From positions 1-34,517 of IMG/VR virus record IMGVR_UViG_3300006169_000165: 34,517 nt of DNA; one strand, written 5' to 3'. Made by a program: the position numbers and the translations under genes. Positions 32,061 to 34,517 of the stretch are shown in pieces; within the stretch, counting starts at the first letter, position 1, and every line of letters begins with the position of its first letter. This DNA comes from a virus. Lineage: Duplodnaviria > Caudoviricetes. The notes beneath the pieces were generated by a model that saw only the letters and a list, made by a program, of their open reading frames with translations, was not told where the DNA came from and searched no databases.

Positions 32061-32252
32061 CCTTCGCGTTCGTCGCGCACGGAAGGGGGATGGGGGATCG
32101 ATGGACGTCGGTCGATACAGGAGACGTTTTCCCGATGGACACATTCCTCCGGAACACATCCCCACCCCATCCGTAGTATCGATAAGCAGGCGAACCGAAA
32201 CGCGATGTGCATCGTTCACGTGCACCGGACGCATTCACCCCGGGATCGAGCC

Positions 32253-34517
32253 ATGGGACGGCAGACGCCGATCATCCGCACGCACCTCCACCGCCTTCGC
32301 CGGCTCCGCGGCGCGGGCACGGCGGTGCTGCTGGCGGTCTGCGTGGCCTGCGGCGGGGCGGACCGGGCGCCGGCGCCGACCCTCGCGGACACGGAGCTGG
32401 CGCGGGCGTGGTCGGAGGTGCGCGGCCTCGCCGGGACGGCGGCGGATTCGCTCTCGGACGAGCAGGTGATCACCCTGGGATACGTGGAGCGGCTGCGGCT
32501 GGGCCTGGGAAGCCCGTTCCGGCTGATGGACTTCGCGCTGCAGGATCCGCGGCTCACCCCCGCGGCGCGCATCCGGGCCGCGGCGGCGATGCTGCAGGCC
32601 ACGCGCGAGGGCCGCGCGTACGCGGTGGATGCGCGCGCGCTGGCTGCGCTGGGCGCGGATGCCGCCGGGCGCACGGCGGCGCGGGCACGGATGCACCGGA
32701 CGCTGATCGACCGCGCCGTCCGCGAGGCGGAGGACCCGCGCGAGGGAGAGCTGGCGGTTCGCGCCGCCTACCAGCTGGCGGCGGCGGAGAACCTGGTCGC
32801 GCAGCACGCGCCCACCCTCGCCGCGCAGGCGGCGGCGCTGGCGCGCGACCGGGTGCTGGCGCGGCGGGACGCGGAACGGCTGCTCGCCGTCGCGGACAGC
32901 GCGGGCCGCCACCCGCTCGCCCTGCTGCGGGAGTGGCGCGCGGAACGACGCTTCGAGGTGGAGGCACCGACCGGCGCCGGATGGCCGCCCCACCTGGAGG
33001 TGAACGCGTCCTCGCTCGCGCTGCCGCTGGCGGCGCGGGTGCGTGCCATCGCGGAGGGCCGCGGGGCGCTGGAGCGGGAACGCGTGCCGATTCCGCACCT
33101 GGCCCCGGAGGTGGCGCGGCGCCTCTCCACGCTGGCACGGGAGCAGGACCCGCCGCCGAGCGCGCCCATCCAGGTCACGCTGGACCGCTACGCCGCGGAG
33201 CTCAGGCGCACCGCGGGCTCGCGGAGCGGGCGGACGGCGGTGGAGGGGCTGATCGCGCGCGGCCGAACGGAGGAGCGCTTCGCGGCGGAGCTTGCGAGGC
33301 TGCCCGCCGCGGACGACCCGAACCCCACCGTGGCGATCGTGGAGCTAGAGGCGGCGGTCGCCCTGCGGGCGTACGCGCAGGAGGCGGTGTGGTACCCGGG
33401 CTTCTCCGCGCCGACGGTGGCGGACCTCAAGCGGAACTACGGGCTGGCGGCCGTGCGCTTCGACGAGGACATACCGCTGCACTGGCGCCCGTACTACCGG
33501 CGGATGCTCGGCGAGTCGCTGGCGGACCTGGAGTCGGTGCTCCCGGGGCTGGACCTGCACGGCCTCTCCTTCCGCTTCGGGCGGACGGGGCGCGAGGGGA
33601 GCGCCATCGCGGTGCACTTCCCCGGGCCGCGGGTCATCCACCTGCCGCCGGGGACCGGGCCGGGAACGATCGCGCACGAGGTGGCGCACGACCTGGACTG
33701 GCAGGTGGCGCGCACCCGCTACGGCCGGCGCGGCGTCTACGCGACGGACCTGGCGATGGACGGCGATCACGCGGACCTCTTCGCCGCGGCGGTGCGGCAG
33801 CTTCCGCTGCTGGCGGCGCCGCGCGCGGGGCCGGAGGGGCGTCGCGCCGAGACGCGCCCCGCGGAGGCGTTCGCGCGGCTGTTTGATGGATACGTGACCT
33901 CCATCCTCGCGGCGCGGGGCCGCGGCAACGGCTACCTCTCGTCACTGCAGGACGAGGTGCTCACCGGCCACGGCACCGCCGTCGCGCCCGACGCGCACGG
34001 GGAAAGCGCGGAGGCGTTCCTCCCGCTGCTGATGGTGGCCGCGCCGCTCACACCGGCACAGCAGGCGGACTTCCGGCTGCGCTGGGGGGCGGGACGCGCG
34101 CCCTCGCCGCTGAGCCTGCTGGCGGACGTCGCCGATGCCGCCCGCCCGGACGCCGCGCCGCCTTCCCGTCGCCCGTGGCGCAGCCTGGCGGACCGGGGAA
34201 GCCTGGACGATGCGGTGCGCGCGCGCATCGCCGAAGTCGATCGCGCGCGGGAAGAGGCGCTGCGCACCCGCGTGGCGTCCATCTGCGCGAACCCCTTCCT
34301 CTCCGCCGGCGCGGAAGGAGAGGCCGCCGTCCGCGCGCTGGTGAACGCCGCCGCAGACGCGCGGATCGACGCGATCCTGCGCCGCTTCGCGCGGAGTCGC
34401 GGCATCGGCGCGGAGCCGGACGCCCTCCGCGCCGCGTGGCTCCCCGCCGACCGTCCTTCCTCCCCCGCCATCTCCCTCACCTGCGAGGGAGCTACCCCGC
34501 AGCAGCCATCGGAGTAA
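32253..34517 (+). CDS. Host lipoprotein with HExxH zinc-metallopeptidase-like motif
   Basis: Signal peptide ending AVCVAC; TIAHEVAHDLDW and a downstream RPAEAFAR; outside the predicted phage end. Confidence 0.75.
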   Translation: MGRQTPIIRTHLHRLRRLRGAGTAVLLAVCVACGGADRAPAPTLADTELARAWSEVRGLAGTAADSLSDEQVITLGYVERLRLGLGSPFRLMDFALQDPRLTPAARIRAAAAMLQATREGRAYAVDARALAALGADAAGRTAARARMHRTLIDRAVREAEDPREGELAVRAAYQLAAAENLVAQHAPTLAAQAAALARDRVLARRDAERLLAVADSAGRHPLALLREWRAERRFEVEAPTGAGWPPHLEVNASSLALPLAARVRAIAEGRGALERERVPIPHLAPEVARRLSTLAREQDPPPSAPIQVTLDRYAAELRRTAGSRSGRTAVEGLIARGRTEERFAAELARLPAADDPNPTVAIVELEAAVALRAYAQEAVWYPGFSAPTVADLKRNYGLAAVRFDEDIPLHWRPYYRRMLGESLADLESVLPGLDLHGLSFRFGRTGREGSAIAVHFPGPRVIHLPPGTGPGTIAHEVAHDLDWQVARTRYGRRGVYATDLAMDGDHADLFAAAVRQLPLLAAPRAGPEGRRAETRPAEAFARLFDGYVTSILAARGRGNGYLSSLQDEVLTGHGTAVAPDAHGESAEAFLPLLMVAAPLTPAQQADFRLRWGAGRAPSPLSLLADVADAARPDAAPPSRRPWRSLADRGSLDDAVRARIAEVDRAREEALRTRVASICANPFLSAGAEGEAAVRALVNAAADARIDAILRRFARSRGIGAEPDALRAAWLPADRPSSPAISLTCEGATPQQPSE

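Noticed and set aside
31815-32252. N-terminal extension of the 900-aa ORF
   Set aside because: Crosses the predicted phage end; the signal peptide begins at ATG 32253.

Overview
Bases 1-32060 are the larger part of a high-GC transposable (Mu-like) prophage with a non-contractile tail. The left end lies outside the window; the right end is probably at 32060 and is followed by one host lipoprotein gene. Layout: (i) leftward early operon (HTH protein, DUF3102-like protein, small ORFs, DDE transposase running off the window); (ii) a lower-GC control module (XRE-HTH repressor, TPR protein, convergent gene for a small Gly-rich secreted lipopeptide, membrane protein, terminator); (iii) rightward accessory genes, including a minimal kinase-like protein and a Cys/Thr-rich RiPP (lanthipeptide-type) precursor with no maturase in the window; (iv) terminase, portal, head morphogenesis protein, fused protease-scaffold-capsid, neck, tail tube, frameshifted chaperone, tape measure and tail-tip genes. 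The host is probably Gemmatimonadota (Longimicrobium-like), inferred from remembered protein families and not from a search. Most notable: a candidate arbitrium-like peptide/TPR communication system beside the repressor, the orphan phage-borne RiPP precursor, a tRNA-like structured element in the late operon, a stand-alone copy of the transposase C-terminal domain, and repeats that coincide exactly with gene boundaries. All family calls come from motif reading by eye.
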